A stretch of DNA of 36,290 nucleotides from Actinomycetota bacterium. GTDB lineage: Bacteria; Actinomycetota; Acidimicrobiia; Spongiisociales; UBA4744. The stretch spans positions 1-36,290 of the forward strand of contig JAADGS010000065.1 in the NCBI GenBank assembly GCA_013152275.1, given 5' to 3'. A program made the position numbers and the translations under genes. Under the pieces are notes generated by a model. That model worked only from the letters and a program-made list of their open reading frames with translations. It was not told where the DNA came from and searched no databases. Numbering within the stretch: the stretch's first letter is position 1; each line of letters opens with the position of its first letter. Below, in pieces: positions 17,686-27,852 of the stretch.

Positions 17686-18822
17686 ATGGCGGTCCCCAAG
17701 CCGAGTTTTACCGTCGGGATCGAAGAGGAGTACATGCTCGTCGATCTCGAAAGCCGGGACCTCGTGAAAGACCCGCCACCATCGATGATGGCCGAGTGCA
17801 AAGCGCTCATGCGGGGCCAGGTCTCTCCCGAGTTCCTCAGGGGCCAGATCGAAGTGGGCACCCGTGTCAGTCGTACGGTCGGGGAGGCGCGTCGAGATCT
17901 CGCCCGTCTTCGCAGAGTGGTGTCCGACGTCGCTCTTCGCCACGGCATGGCGCCGATCGCCGCGTCGACGCATCCGTTCGCCAAGTGGGGAGAGCTGCTG
18001 GTCACCGACAAGGCTCGCTACCAGATCCTCCTGAAGGAGCTGGAGACCGTCGGTCGGCGGCTCGTGATCTCCGGCATGCATGTTCACGTTGGAATCGACG
18101 ACGACGACCTGCGAATCGACCTCATGAGCCAGTTCTCGTACTTTCTGTCGCATCTGTTGGCTCTGAGCACGTCGTCGCCGTTCTGGCATGGGAGCGACAC
18201 CGGCCTGAAGAGCTACCGATCTTCGGTGTTCAAGTCGCTGCCCCGAACAGGGATTCCCGTCAACTTCACGAGTTGGGGCGAGTACCAGCGTCATGTCGAC
18301 GTGCTCGTCGGCGCGGGACTCATTACGGATGCCACGAAACTGTGGTGGGACATTCGTCCGAGCGTTCGGTATCCGACGCTCGAGATGCGGGCCACCGACA
18401 TCTGCACCCGTCTGGACGACGGCATGGCGCTGGCAGCTCTGACGGTGTCGCTGATGCACATGCTCTATCGGCTTCGCAGCGGCAACAAGCGGTGGCGCAC
18501 CTATGCGCGCATGCTGCTCGAAGAGAACATGTGGAGAGCACAGCGCTACGGGATCCACGCGCCCCTGATGGACTTCGGCCAGGGCATTCTCGTTCCGATT
18601 CCCGATCTCGTCGACGAAATGATCGAGATGGTCGAGGAGGACGCGCAGTTACTCGGCTGCCGGGACGAGCTGCTCGGCCTGAGAGAGATTCTCGTGCGCG
18701 GGACGAGTGCCGACCGTCAGATCGCCACCTATGAGGCCGCGCTCGCGGGAGGAGCGCAAGAGTCGGAAGCCCTCCAGGCGGTCGTCGATTTCCTCATCAG
18801 AGAGACGGTGACGGGTCTTTAG
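17686..18822 (+). CDS. Carboxylate-amine ligase (glutamate-cysteine ligase 2, YbdK family)
   Basis: RBS aaggagg; FTVGIEEE, ASTHPF, GMHVHVG, LALSTSSPFW, WWDIRP, TLEMR..D. Confidence 0.93.
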   Translation: MAVPKPSFTVGIEEEYMLVDLESRDLVKDPPPSMMAECKALMRGQVSPEFLRGQIEVGTRVSRTVGEARRDLARLRRVVSDVALRHGMAPIAASTHPFAKWGELLVTDKARYQILLKELETVGRRLVISGMHVHVGIDDDDLRIDLMSQFSYFLSHLLALSTSSPFWHGSDTGLKSYRSSVFKSLPRTGIPVNFTSWGEYQRHVDVLVGAGLITDATKLWWDIRPSVRYPTLEMRATDICTRLDDGMALAALTVSLMHMLYRLRSGNKRWRTYARMLLEENMWRAQRYGIHAPLMDFGQGILVPIPDLVDEMIEMVEEDAQLLGCRDELLGLREILVRGTSADRQIATYEAALAGGAQESEALQAVVDFLIRETVTGL

Positions 18823-18850
18823 GCGAGCTGGGCTCGCAAGCTCGCCATCT

Positions 18851-18906
18851 TCGGTATCCGATATTCGGTACCGGGGCGCTGCATCGCCAGGAGATCGCGG
18901 GGCGCG
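18851..18906 (+). repeat. Degenerate copy of the dispersed intergenic repeat
   Basis: Heptamer-like tcggtat ccgatat tcggtac, then gctgcatcgccaggagatcgcggggcg resembling gcggcatcgatgcaagaccgtggggcg. Confidence 0.4.
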
Positions 18907-19036
18907 ATGTGGGCTCGCGGGCTCGCTGTAGTCGGCCATCGACGTCCGGCCGCCGGGGTCGCGATCACACTCCTGTCGAAAACACAGAAGCTTGCGACTG
19001 GCGCTCACACCCGCCGACCTACGCTACGCACCAGGC

Positions 19037-21340
19037 CTACTCGGCAGCCGCCCGGCCGGTCGCTGCGCGCTGCTTCTCCTTGCTTACCGCATCCAACACT
19101 GCGATTGCCGTGAGGTTCACGATATCGCCGACCTCTGCATCACGCTGCAGCACATGCACCGACTTCGAGAGCCCGGTGAGGATCGGTCCGATCACCTGGG
19201 CACCACCCAGTGTCGAGAGCAGCTGGTAGGTGGCGTTGCCCGCCGCCAAGTTCGGGAACACCAGCACGTTCGCTCTCACGCCGAGACGGTTGAACGAGTG
19301 CTGGCGGGCGAGCAACGCCGCATCCACGGCAGTGCGCGCGTGCATCTCCCCATCGACCGGCAGCTCTGGTCGGCGGTTCCAGCAGATCTGGACTGCCTCG
19401 CGAACCCTTTCCGGTTCCTCCCCGGAAGCAGAGCCGAAGTTGCTGTACGAGAGCAGAGCGACCCGAGGATCGGTGTCGAACGTCTCGCTGACGAAATCGG
19501 CGGTTGAGATCGCGATCTCCGCCAGCTGATCGGCAGTCGGCAGGATATTCACCGCGCAATCGGCGAGGAAGTACGGCTGACCCTTGACGAGCACCGCATA
19601 GATGGCCGAGACGATCGACCGCCCCTCCTGGAGCGGCAGCACCTGCAGGGCCGGACGAACGGTCGTGGGGTAGTACGTCGTGAGCCCGCCCAGCTCTGCA
19701 TCGGCGTCGCCTTGCTGCAGCATCATGGCGGCATACACATTGGGATCGAGGATCGCCCTGTGGGCGTCTGCAGGAGCCATCCCCTTGCGGCCGCGCAGTC
19801 GGTACAGCTCCTCTGCATAGCGGGCGCACGTTTCCGGCTCTTCTTGCGGATCGAAGATCTGGATGCCGTCCAGCGATATGTCCTTGGCGGCGGCGGCCGA
19901 CCTGATCTCCTCGACGTTCCCAAGGAGCACGGGAGTGGCGATTTCCTCGTCGAGGACGCGTCTCGCGGCCCTGATGATTCGAATGTCGGCACCGAGGGGG
20001 TAAACGACTCGTTTCGGGTGGGCCTGCGCCTTTGTCGTGACCGTGTGTGTCAACCCGTACGACGCCTGGAACCGGGACCGTAGCTGTTCCCGGTATTTGT
20101 CGATGTCCGCGAAGGGTTTGCGCGCCAGCCCTTCCTCGATCGCTGCCTGGGCGACGGTAGGCGCGACATGCCACAGCACCCTGGGGTCGAACGGCTTCGG
20201 GATGATGTAGTCCTCTCCGAAGGCCAGGTGGTCGATGTTGTAGGCCTTGAGTACCGATTCTGCGACCGGCTCCCTGGCCAGGTCGGCGAGGGCGTGAGAG
20301 GCGGCGACTTTCATCTTCTCGCTGATGCCGGTTGCCCTCACGTCGAGAGCTCCGCGGAAGATGAACGGAAAGCCGAGGACATTGTTCACCTGGTTCGGGT
20401 AGTCACTGCGACCTGTCGCGACGATCGCGTCCGGTCTCGCTTCGCGCGCGTCCTCATAGCGGATCTCCGGGTCGGGATTGGCAAGCGCAAAGATGATCGG
20501 GCGGTCCGCCATCGTCATCACCATCTCTTTGGTGACCACGTCTGCAACCGAGACGCCGACGAAGCAGTCGGCCCCGTCGAGCGCGTCGGCGAGCGTTCGT
20601 CTGTCGGTCGGACGGCTGAACTCGGCTTTGTGACCGGTCATACCTTCGGTTCGTCCCTCGTAGATGACACCTCGAGAGTCGCACATGAGGATGTTCTCCG
20701 GTCGAACACCGAGCCGTTCGAAGAATCTCGCAACGGCGATACCGGCAGCTCCCGCGCCGTTGAAGACGACCTTCGTCTCCTCGATCTTGCGCCCGGTGAG
20801 GTCCAGAGCGTTGAGGAACCCTGCCCCGGCGATGATCGCCGTCCCGTGCTGGTCATCGTGGAACACGGGGATGTCGAGCCGTTCTTTGAGGGTGTCTTCG
20901 ATCAGGAAGCACTCGGGAGCCTTGATGTCCTCGAGGTTGATTCCGCCGACGGTCGGTTCCAGGAGCTCACAGAAGCGGATGATGTCCTGCGGGTCCAGGC
21001 TGTTGACCTCCAAGTCGAACACATCGATGTCGGCGAACCGTTTGAAGAGAACAGCTTTGCCTTCCATGACGGGTTTGCCTGCCAGGGGACCGATGTTCCC
21101 GAGACCGAGGACGGCAGTTCCGTTGCTGACGACGGCCACGAGATTGCCTTTGTTCGTGTACTCGAAAACGTCATCGGGCTTCTTGGCAATCTCGAGACAT
21201 GGCTCGGCAACCCCGGGCGTATAGGCCAGGCCCAAGTCGCTTTGTGTGGCCGTCGGCTTGGTCGGGCGTACTTCGATCTTTCCCGGACGACCTTTCGAGT
21301 GGTACTCGAGCGCTTCGCTGAAGTGCTTACCTTCCGCCAT
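19037..21340 (-). CDS. maeB: NADP-dependent malic enzyme with C-terminal phosphotransacetylase-like domain
   Basis: AYTPGVA, GKPVMEGK, INLEDI, FHDDQHGT, GAGAAG, TGRSDYPNQVNNVL; PTA-like ALLSYSNFGS, DGEM, NVLVFPNL; RBS gaggagg. Confidence 0.96.
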   Translation of the reverse strand: MAEGKHFSEALEYHSKGRPGKIEVRPTKPTATQSDLGLAYTPGVAEPCLEIAKKPDDVFEYTNKGNLVAVVSNGTAVLGLGNIGPLAGKPVMEGKAVLFKRFADIDVFDLEVNSLDPQDIIRFCELLEPTVGGINLEDIKAPECFLIEDTLKERLDIPVFHDDQHGTAIIAGAGFLNALDLTGRKIEETKVVFNGAGAAGIAVARFFERLGVRPENILMCDSRGVIYEGRTEGMTGHKAEFSRPTDRRTLADALDGADCFVGVSVADVVTKEMVMTMADRPIIFALANPDPEIRYEDAREARPDAIVATGRSDYPNQVNNVLGFPFIFRGALDVRATGISEKMKVAASHALADLAREPVAESVLKAYNIDHLAFGEDYIIPKPFDPRVLWHVAPTVAQAAIEEGLARKPFADIDKYREQLRSRFQASYGLTHTVTTKAQAHPKRVVYPLGADIRIIRAARRVLDEEIATPVLLGNVEEIRSAAAAKDISLDGIQIFDPQEEPETCARYAEELYRLRGRKGMAPADAHRAILDPNVYAAMMLQQGDADAELGGLTTYYPTTVRPALQVLPLQEGRSIVSAIYAVLVKGQPYFLADCAVNILPTADQLAEIAISTADFVSETFDTDPRVALLSYSNFGSASGEEPERVREAVQICWNRRPELPVDGEMHARTAVDAALLARQHSFNRLGVRANVLVFPNLAAGNATYQLLSTLGGAQVIGPILTGLSKSVHVLQRDAEVGDIVNLTAIAVLDAVSKEKQRAATGRAAAE

Positions 21341-21522
21341 GACAGGGCCTCCTCGCGCTTATGGCTGGAAGCCTACTGCGGACCGGAGGCGGTCCGCTTC
21401 AACGGGCAACACGCAGCGAACAGACGACAGCCGGCGGCCGGCGGCACCGCGCCCGGCCCGCGAGAGAACGGCACGCGTACGATATCCGGGCAGGAGGGTC
21501 GTTCCTCGGATAGCCTGACGGG

Positions 21523-22695
21523 ATGAGCAGCATCGACTTCCGACAAGGGTTCCTCTGGGGGACGGCAACTGCGGCGCACCAAGTCGAAGGTGGCAACTGG
21601 AACAACGACTGGTGGGCGTGGGAGCACGATCCGGCCTCGCCGTGTGTTGAGCCGTCCGGTGACGCCGTCGATCACTATCACCGGTACCGCGAAGATCTGG
21701 GCCTCCTGGCAGACCTCGGATTCAACACCTACCGGTTCTCTCTCGAATGGAGCCGGCTGGAACCCGAAGACGGCGAGTTCTCACTCGCCGCACTCAACCA
21801 CTACCGGAGGGTCATCGAGGCGTGCCGTGACGTCGGCCTGTTGCCGGTGGTCACGTTCCATCACTTCACGACGCCCCGGTGGGTCGCGACGCGAGGGGGC
21901 TGGGGCGCCCCCGACACGGCCGACCTGTTCGCCCGCTTCGCGGGTTGGTCGGCGGAGGGCCTCTCCGACCTGCTGTCGATCGCCTGCACCATCAATGAGC
22001 CGAACATCGTTGCGACGATGGGCTTCCTCACGGGGGTGTTCCCTCCGGGTCTTCAAGATCCCGGTGCCCGTGAGCGTGCGAACGGTGTGCTCATCGATGC
22101 CCACCACAAGGCGGCGGCTGCGATCCGTCGGGCTGCGCCCGCCTGCCGCGTCGGGCTTACCCTCGCGATGTCGGAGTGGACACCGGTCGACGGTGGCGAG
22201 GAGACCCTCGACGAGCTGAGGCGTCCGATGGAGGACGTGTTCCTCGAAGCAACGCGCGCCGACGATTTCGTCGGAGTGCAGACGTATTCCCGCCACCGGG
22301 TTTCACCGGCAGGCTACCTTGGGCCAGACCCGGACGCGGAGCTGACGCTCATGGGATACGAGTTCCGTCCTCAGGCACTGGAGGCAACGATTCGAAGAGC
22401 GGCGGGAATGACCGGGCTCGACGTGTTCGTCACCGAGAACGGCATCGCGACAACCGACGACCGGCGTCGAATCGAGTTCGTTCGACGGGCCCTCGAGGGT
22501 GTTCACCGGTGCATCGAAGACGGGATCGAAGTGCTCGGATACACGTATTGGAGCGCCCTCGACAACTTCGAATGGGTGCTGGGGTACGGACCGACGTTCG
22601 GGCTCATCGCGGTCGATCGTGAAACCCAGCAACGGTCCGTCAAACCGAGCGCGCGATGGCTCGGGAGGATCGCGCAGGCAAACGCGCTCGACTGA
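21523..22695 (+). CDS. Glycoside hydrolase family 1 (beta-glucosidase-like)
   Basis: FLWGTATAAHQVEG, YRFSLEWSR, TINEP (acid/base), VTENG (nucleophile), DNFEW. Confidence 0.95.
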   Translation: MSSIDFRQGFLWGTATAAHQVEGGNWNNDWWAWEHDPASPCVEPSGDAVDHYHRYREDLGLLADLGFNTYRFSLEWSRLEPEDGEFSLAALNHYRRVIEACRDVGLLPVVTFHHFTTPRWVATRGGWGAPDTADLFARFAGWSAEGLSDLLSIACTINEPNIVATMGFLTGVFPPGLQDPGARERANGVLIDAHHKAAAAIRRAAPACRVGLTLAMSEWTPVDGGEETLDELRRPMEDVFLEATRADDFVGVQTYSRHRVSPAGYLGPDPDAELTLMGYEFRPQALEATIRRAAGMTGLDVFVTENGIATTDDRRRIEFVRRALEGVHRCIEDGIEVLGYTYWSALDNFEWVLGYGPTFGLIAVDRETQQRSVKPSARWLGRIAQANALD

Positions 22696-22733
22696 ATACC
22701 GATAGCGCCGCCTCGGCCCGTACCATCACGGGC

Positions 22734-24575
22734 ATGGATGCCTGTACCCTCGGCGACGAGTTGCTCGACGAACTTCTCGAACTGTCCCCGATTGCCTGTA
22801 CATACGCCGGTATCGGCGGAAGAGACCATTTGTGGGACGACTTGAGTCCGGGTGGCATGGCCTGTCGTAGGGAACTGTTCGAACGTTACCGGGACGCCTT
22901 CTCCGCGTTGCCGCAGAGCGAAGACCGATGGCAGCGGCTCGCAGCGCGAGTCGCGGCGGCGTTCATCGCCGAGCAGATCGACCGACTCGCCGCCGAAGAG
23001 CACCTTCGAGACCTCAACAACATCGCTTCGCCGTTTCAGGATCTGCGGCAGGTCTTCGACATCATGGACAAGAGCACCGGCGAAGGCTGGGACAACATCG
23101 CTGCGAGACTTCGGACGATCGGTGTTCCACTCTCCGGATACCGGGCCTGCCTCGAGGAAGGGATGGAGAGGGGTATGCCGGTGGCGAGGCGCCAGGTCGA
23201 CGCGGTGCTCATCCAGGCCAGGGCGTTGGCCGGAGAGGAATCCCCGTTCAGACGGCTCACCGACGATCTCGCCGAATCACCCGCGGCGACACCCGAACGG
23301 ATCGCAGCGCTCCGTGAGGCGGTTGACGAGGCGACGGGAGCGGTTTCAGACTTCGCCGCGTACCTCGCAGCGACCTACATGCCGGCCTCCGCGACTATCG
23401 ACGCCGTGGGCGAAGACCGCTACGTGCGAGCCGCGCGCCGGTACCTCGGCACGACCATCGATCCCCGCGACACGTACGCGTGGGGTTGGAGCGAGGTCCA
23501 CAGACTCCGAAAGGAAATGATCGAGACGGCCGCGAAGATCGACGCCGACGGAACGCTCGATGGCGTCATCGAGACGCTGAGGACCGACCCGGGCCACTGC
23601 GCCCAGAGCCCCGACGAGTTCATCTCGTTCATCGAAGACCGGTTGGGTAAGGCTGTCGCCGACCTCGACGGGCGTGTCTTCGATATTCCTGATCCTGTCA
23701 AGCGAGTCGATGTCAAGATTGCGCCTCCCGGCGGTGCGCTCGGCGCCTACTACCTGGAGCCGAGCGAGGACTTCTCACGGCCGGGCAGCGTCTGGTGGTC
23801 GACGGGAGGCAAGCAGGTGCTTCCCCTGTGGGATGAGGTCAGCACCGCCTATCACGAAGGATTCCCGGGTCACCATCTCCAGGTTGGTGTGACGCTCTCC
23901 CTCGCAGATCACCTGAGTCGTCTGCACCGGCTACTGATCTGGTATCCGGGTTACGGAGAAGGCTGGGCTCTCTACGCAGAGTTGCTCATGCACGAACTCG
24001 GGTACCTGGACGAGCCCGAGTACGTGCTCGGGATGCTGGCGGCGCAGATGCTGCGTGCCTGCCGGGTGGTGATCGACATCGGTTCGCATCTCGATCTGAC
24101 CATTCCCGACGAAGCCGTCTTCCACCCCGGCGAGCGGTGGACGTTCGAGTTGGCGGTGGAGATGCTCACCGATTTCGCCTACCTGGCTCGTGACTACGCG
24201 GAGTCCGAAGTAACGAGGTATCTCGGATGGCCGGGACAGGCCATCGCCTACAAGGTGGGGGAGCGGCTGATTCTCGATCTCCGGGAGCGACTCAGGCGCA
24301 GGATGGGCGACGCGTTCGACATCAAGGACTTTCACAATCGAGTGCTGGGCTCAGGTCCGGTCGGGCTCGATTTGCTACGCGAGATCGTCCTGGAGGAGGA
24401 CGGCAGCCCCGTGAGCGGGGTTCGCCCGGGGACTCCTATCGGCACGCTTTCGACAGCACCGGGTACGGGTTCACGGCATCCCCGTTGTCGGGATGGATCT
24501 CGAAATGGACATGCGGCCGTGAGCCGATTGCGTTGCCGCTGTCGCCCACGTAGCCGATGGTCTGGCCTGCAGTGA
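22734..24575 (+). CDS. DUF885 family protein (putative metallopeptidase); 3' end reads about 50 codons into the convergent gene
   Basis: GAYY, YHEGFPGHHLQ, EGWALYAE, RACRVVIDIG.H, RYLGWPGQAIAYKVG, FH..VL..G; ATG 7 nt after TACCAT. Confidence 0.9.
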   Translation: MDACTLGDELLDELLELSPIACTYAGIGGRDHLWDDLSPGGMACRRELFERYRDAFSALPQSEDRWQRLAARVAAAFIAEQIDRLAAEEHLRDLNNIASPFQDLRQVFDIMDKSTGEGWDNIAARLRTIGVPLSGYRACLEEGMERGMPVARRQVDAVLIQARALAGEESPFRRLTDDLAESPAATPERIAALREAVDEATGAVSDFAAYLAATYMPASATIDAVGEDRYVRAARRYLGTTIDPRDTYAWGWSEVHRLRKEMIETAAKIDADGTLDGVIETLRTDPGHCAQSPDEFISFIEDRLGKAVADLDGRVFDIPDPVKRVDVKIAPPGGALGAYYLEPSEDFSRPGSVWWSTGGKQVLPLWDEVSTAYHEGFPGHHLQVGVTLSLADHLSRLHRLLIWYPGYGEGWALYAELLMHELGYLDEPEYVLGMLAAQMLRACRVVIDIGSHLDLTIPDEAVFHPGERWTFELAVEMLTDFAYLARDYAESEVTRYLGWPGQAIAYKVGERLILDLRERLRRRMGDAFDIKDFHNRVLGSGPVGLDLLREIVLEEDGSPVSGVRPGTPIGTLSTAPGTGSRHPRCRDGSRNGHAAVSRLRCRCRPRSRWSGLQ

Positions 24576-25350
24576 CGGCGCCCTTGGCCCCGAAGCGGTC
24601 GAGATGGCTCGCGATGTACAGGGTGCCGTCGTTCCCCATGAGGTTGACCTGGAATCCACCGATCGATCCGGTCACCTGCCGGACGACGCCACCGACAGGG
24701 GCCCGCACGGGCGTTCCCCGGGAAGCAAACATGTCGTTCCCCGTGTGGAAACGGCCTCCGGACCTCGGGAAACCCCAGTCGTTGAAGAACGTTGCTTCCG
24801 GGACCGGGCAGAGCCAAGCACCTTCGGTCACCATGAGCACCGTGCCGGCCGTGATCAGATTCGGGTCCTTGATCCCGTTCGCGTCCGCGAGCCGATTCAC
24901 CGACGTCGCGAAACGTGCGGCGATCGCGCTCAGGGTGTCTCCGCGCCGAACCGTGTAGGTCTGCGGCTGCTGGATCTCGGGATCGAACACGGCCGTGTCG
25001 GATCCGACCTGGAGTCTGGTTCCGACGTAGATGATGTTCGGGTCGGTGATGCCGTTGGCTTTGGCCAGCTGTCCGACCGTGATGCCAAGCCGTTTCGCGA
25101 TGCCTTCCAGCGTGTCTCCCGCCTGCACGATGTAGCTTTTCTTGTTCGGGATGATCAGCACCTGGCCGACAGAGATCAGGTTCGGATTCTTGATGTGGTT
25201 GGCTTTGACGAGTGCCTGCACGGTCGTGTCGTTCTTCGCGGCGATTCTCGACAGCGAGTCTCCTGAACGCACGACATAGGTCGCCGCGGTAGCGGCCACG
25301 GCAAGCACCATGATCGCGAGTGCCCCGATGACTCGTAGGTTCTTTCTCAT
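24436..25350 (-). CDS. Secreted LysM (x3) + M23 peptidoglycan endopeptidase
   Basis: Signal peptide; three Y.V..GD(S/T)L..IA LysM repeats; M23 motifs HTGND and PHVHFE. Confidence 0.93.
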   Translation of the reverse strand: MRKNLRVIGALAIMVLAVAATAATYVVRSGDSLSRIAAKNDTTVQALVKANHIKNPNLISVGQVLIIPNKKSYIVQAGDTLEGIAKRLGITVGQLAKANGITDPNIIYVGTRLQVGSDTAVFDPEIQQPQTYTVRRGDTLSAIAARFATSVNRLADANGIKDPNLITAGTVLMVTEGAWLCPVPEATFFNDWGFPRSGGRFHTGNDMFASRGTPVRAPVGGVVRQVTGSIGGFQVNLMGNDGTLYIASHLDRFGAKGAVTAGQTIGYVGDSGNAIGSRPHVHFEIHPDNGDAVNPYPVLSKACR

Positions 25351-25354
25351 TGTT

Positions 25355-26395
25355 TCAGGCTTCGGCGGTTCCCTGGGCTCTCTTGAGGCTTACGCCGCTT
25401 CTGAGTTGTCCACACGCTGCATCGATACTCTTGCCACGGTTCTTGCGTTTTGTGGTGTTGACACCTGCTGCCGTCAAGCGGGTGACGAACTCGTCGATGC
25501 GGGAGGAAGGGAGCATCGGTGACAGGGGCGTGGGGTTGAGCGAGATCACGTTGACGTGGGCTCGCAGCCTTCGAGCGATGGCGGCAAGCCCGGCGGCCTG
25601 TTCATCGCTGTCGTTGACTCCTTCGATGAGCGTCCACTCGATCGAGATGCGGCGATGTTTCTTCGCGAAGTACGCCAACGCGGCGGCTTCGACGGCCGCG
25701 AGCGGGTACCGGGAGTTGATGGGGACCAGTGAGGTACGGAGTTCGTCGTCGGCGGCGTGGAGACTGATTGCGAGGTTGATGGGCCAAGGCTCTTCGGTGA
25801 GCCGGGCCATTCCCGGAACGATGCCCACGGTGGATACGGTGAGCGACCGGGCCGACATCTCCATCTCCTCGATGATCCGGCGGATCGCCTCGCGAACCTG
25901 CTCGTAGTTGGCGAGGGGCTCTCCCATTCCCATGAAGACGACGTTCGTGAGCCGGTTGGGGACGTCCGGCATGCCGGAGCTTCGAAGGTGGGCTCGGGCA
26001 AACGCCACCTGGGCAACGATCTCGCCGGCTTCGAGATGGCGTTCGAAGCCGAACTGGCCGGTGGCACAGAAGGTGCAGCCGAGCGCGCAGCCTGCCTGAG
26101 AGGAGATACAGACCGTCGCCCTGTCTTCGTAGCCGATCAGTACCGTCTCTATCGCCGCACCGTCCGGCGCCCTGAACAGCCACTTGACCGTTCGTCCGCC
26201 GTCGGCCGATTGTGCCACCTCCACGGTGAACGGCCACAACTCGAGGGTCGTCCTGACGTCGGTGGGCAGATTGGTCATGTCCTGTACGTCGAGAACCGGC
26301 GTCTTGTACAGCCAACGTCGGAGTTGATCGATCCGGTACGAAGGCTGGCCTGGGAGCAGGTCGGCGAGGTCGTCGGGATGGGTCAGATACGGCAC
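25355..26395 (-). CDS. rlmN: 23S rRNA m2A2503 / tRNA m2A37 radical-SAM methyltransferase
   Basis: CISSQAGCALGCTFC, VFMGMGEP, AISLH, AACGQL; GTG start 6 nt after TACCAT. Confidence 0.96.
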   Translation of the reverse strand: MPYLTHPDDLADLLPGQPSYRIDQLRRWLYKTPVLDVQDMTNLPTDVRTTLELWPFTVEVAQSADGGRTVKWLFRAPDGAAIETVLIGYEDRATVCISSQAGCALGCTFCATGQFGFERHLEAGEIVAQVAFARAHLRSSGMPDVPNRLTNVVFMGMGEPLANYEQVREAIRRIIEEMEMSARSLTVSTVGIVPGMARLTEEPWPINLAISLHAADDELRTSLVPINSRYPLAAVEAAALAYFAKKHRRISIEWTLIEGVNDSDEQAAGLAAIARRLRAHVNVISLNPTPLSPMLPSSRIDEFVTRLTAAGVNTTKRKNRGKSIDAACGQLRSGVSLKRAQGTAEA

Positions 26396-26434
26396 CGATT
26401 CATGGTAGGGGTTTGGGAACCTAGACTCGCCGCC
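26396..26434. promoter_or_regulatory. Compact divergent promoter pair, leaderless type
   Basis: TACCAT (minus strand, 26402-26407) 6 nt from the rlmN GTG and TAGACT (plus strand, 26422-26427) 7 nt from the permease ATG, in a 39-bp gap with no SD. Confidence 0.65.
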
Positions 26435-27829
26435 ATGCACCGGCTTCCATCATTGCGCGGGTTGTCCTGGGGGAGGGACGACGATCCGATGAGCGCCGTG
26501 GACCTGACCAGCATGTGGGTCGCCATCACGCTCGGAGTCCCTGTCGCCGTGGTTGGGTTCGAACTGATGGTCGGCCCGGGACTGGGTGGGCTTGGCATGT
26601 CGGCCACACAGCTCCTGTTGGCGGTCCCGCTCGGCGTCGTGGCTGCCGTCGGTTTGCTGTGGGCGTCCGCCCGGCCGGGCGCTGCCTATGGTGAGGGTGC
26701 GGTCCTCATGCTCAAGCCCGCGCTCGGTACGTTTGGGAGTTGGGCGTATCTCCCCTTCCATGCGGCACTGATGATCGTGCTGGCCGCGCTCGAACTGCGA
26801 GTGGTTGGCGTTGTGCTCGGTGCCGGCTTTACCGCGTTGGGTCTCCCGATGGGGGTCAACGTCGGAATCGTGATCTCGGCAGTTTTCGTGTTCGGGCTTG
26901 GAGCGCTCGGAACCCGAGCGCTGCGATGGTGGGTTCGCAGGGTTGCCTTTTGGGGTGGGCTCGGCTCGGCACTGTGGGTGGTGTGGAGGCTCGCCTCGGA
27001 TGTGGACATGACCAGTATCCGGCTACAGACGCCGTCTCCTTGGTTCTGGCTCGGTGTGGACATGATCCTCGGGCTTGCGGTGCTGTTCTTCCCTCTCGTC
27101 GTCGACACGGTACGCAACATGCCCGATGAGAGCACCGCATCCGCGAGCGTGGGAGCGGGGTTTGGAGTTGCAGCATTGCTCATTCTGATGGCAGGAGGAC
27201 TCGCAGCCGCCGCGGTGCCAGGGGTGGTCGATCCCGGTCTGGTGATCGTCAGGTTCGGAGGACCCGCTCTGGGTGTGGTCGGAGGACTCGTCCTGCTGGT
27301 CTGGACGGTCGGGGGTGAAGCTGATCAACCGGCCTTGTTTCTCGTGATGCCGACGCAGGCATTGCAATCGCTCGGTCTTCGCATTCCTCGATGGGTCGGG
27401 GTGACCTTGGGCTCCGTCGTTGCAGCAATCGTGGCCATCCTGGCAGACACACGAGACCTGTTCGGTGTGATCAGTTTCTTCATCAGTATCCTCACTCCGA
27501 TTCTCGGCGTGTTTCTGGCCGACTACTTCGTGGTCCGGCGACGCGCGTACCTCTCCCGCGATCTGTATGGGACTCGTGGGGCCTATCGCGGTGTCAACGT
27601 TGTTGCAGTGACGGCGATCTTTCTCGGATTCCTCGTCTTCCAGTGGGTGAGTCCGGTTGGTGCGCTCTGGTGGATCGACGATGTCCTCTCGGTGCTTCCG
27701 GGAGCACCACTGGCCCAGATCGGTATTCCGGCGGTGACGGCTTCCCTCCTGACCGCCTTTCTCACGTACGGGGTTCTCGGTCGCTTGACCATCAGGCAGT
27801 CCGCGTACGTCTCCAAGATGCGGATCTAG
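26435..27829 (+). CDS. Cytosine/purine permease-like (NCS1 family) transporter
   Basis: About 12 TM; PGAAYG...LKPALG..GS, PILGVFLADYFVVRR, YRGVN motifs; the 25757 extension is antisense to rlmN. Confidence 0.82.
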   Translation: MHRLPSLRGLSWGRDDDPMSAVDLTSMWVAITLGVPVAVVGFELMVGPGLGGLGMSATQLLLAVPLGVVAAVGLLWASARPGAAYGEGAVLMLKPALGTFGSWAYLPFHAALMIVLAALELRVVGVVLGAGFTALGLPMGVNVGIVISAVFVFGLGALGTRALRWWVRRVAFWGGLGSALWVVWRLASDVDMTSIRLQTPSPWFWLGVDMILGLAVLFFPLVVDTVRNMPDESTASASVGAGFGVAALLILMAGGLAAAAVPGVVDPGLVIVRFGGPALGVVGGLVLLVWTVGGEADQPALFLVMPTQALQSLGLRIPRWVGVTLGSVVAAIVAILADTRDLFGVISFFISILTPILGVFLADYFVVRRRAYLSRDLYGTRGAYRGVNVVAVTAIFLGFLVFQWVSPVGALWWIDDVLSVLPGAPLAQIGIPAVTASLLTAFLTYGVLGRLTIRQSAYVSKMRI

Positions 27830-27852
27830 CGCCTGCCGGCCCCGCTGTTCTG

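Noticed and set aside
25407..25415. Second DnaA-like box TTGTCCACA
   Set aside because: It lies in the codons for the conserved CGQ motif of rlmN, so coding constraint explains it; there is no box cluster and so no evidence for oriC
25757..26434. 690-aa version of the NCS1 permease
   Set aside because: The N-terminal part is antisense to rlmN; a -10 box supports the ATG at 26435
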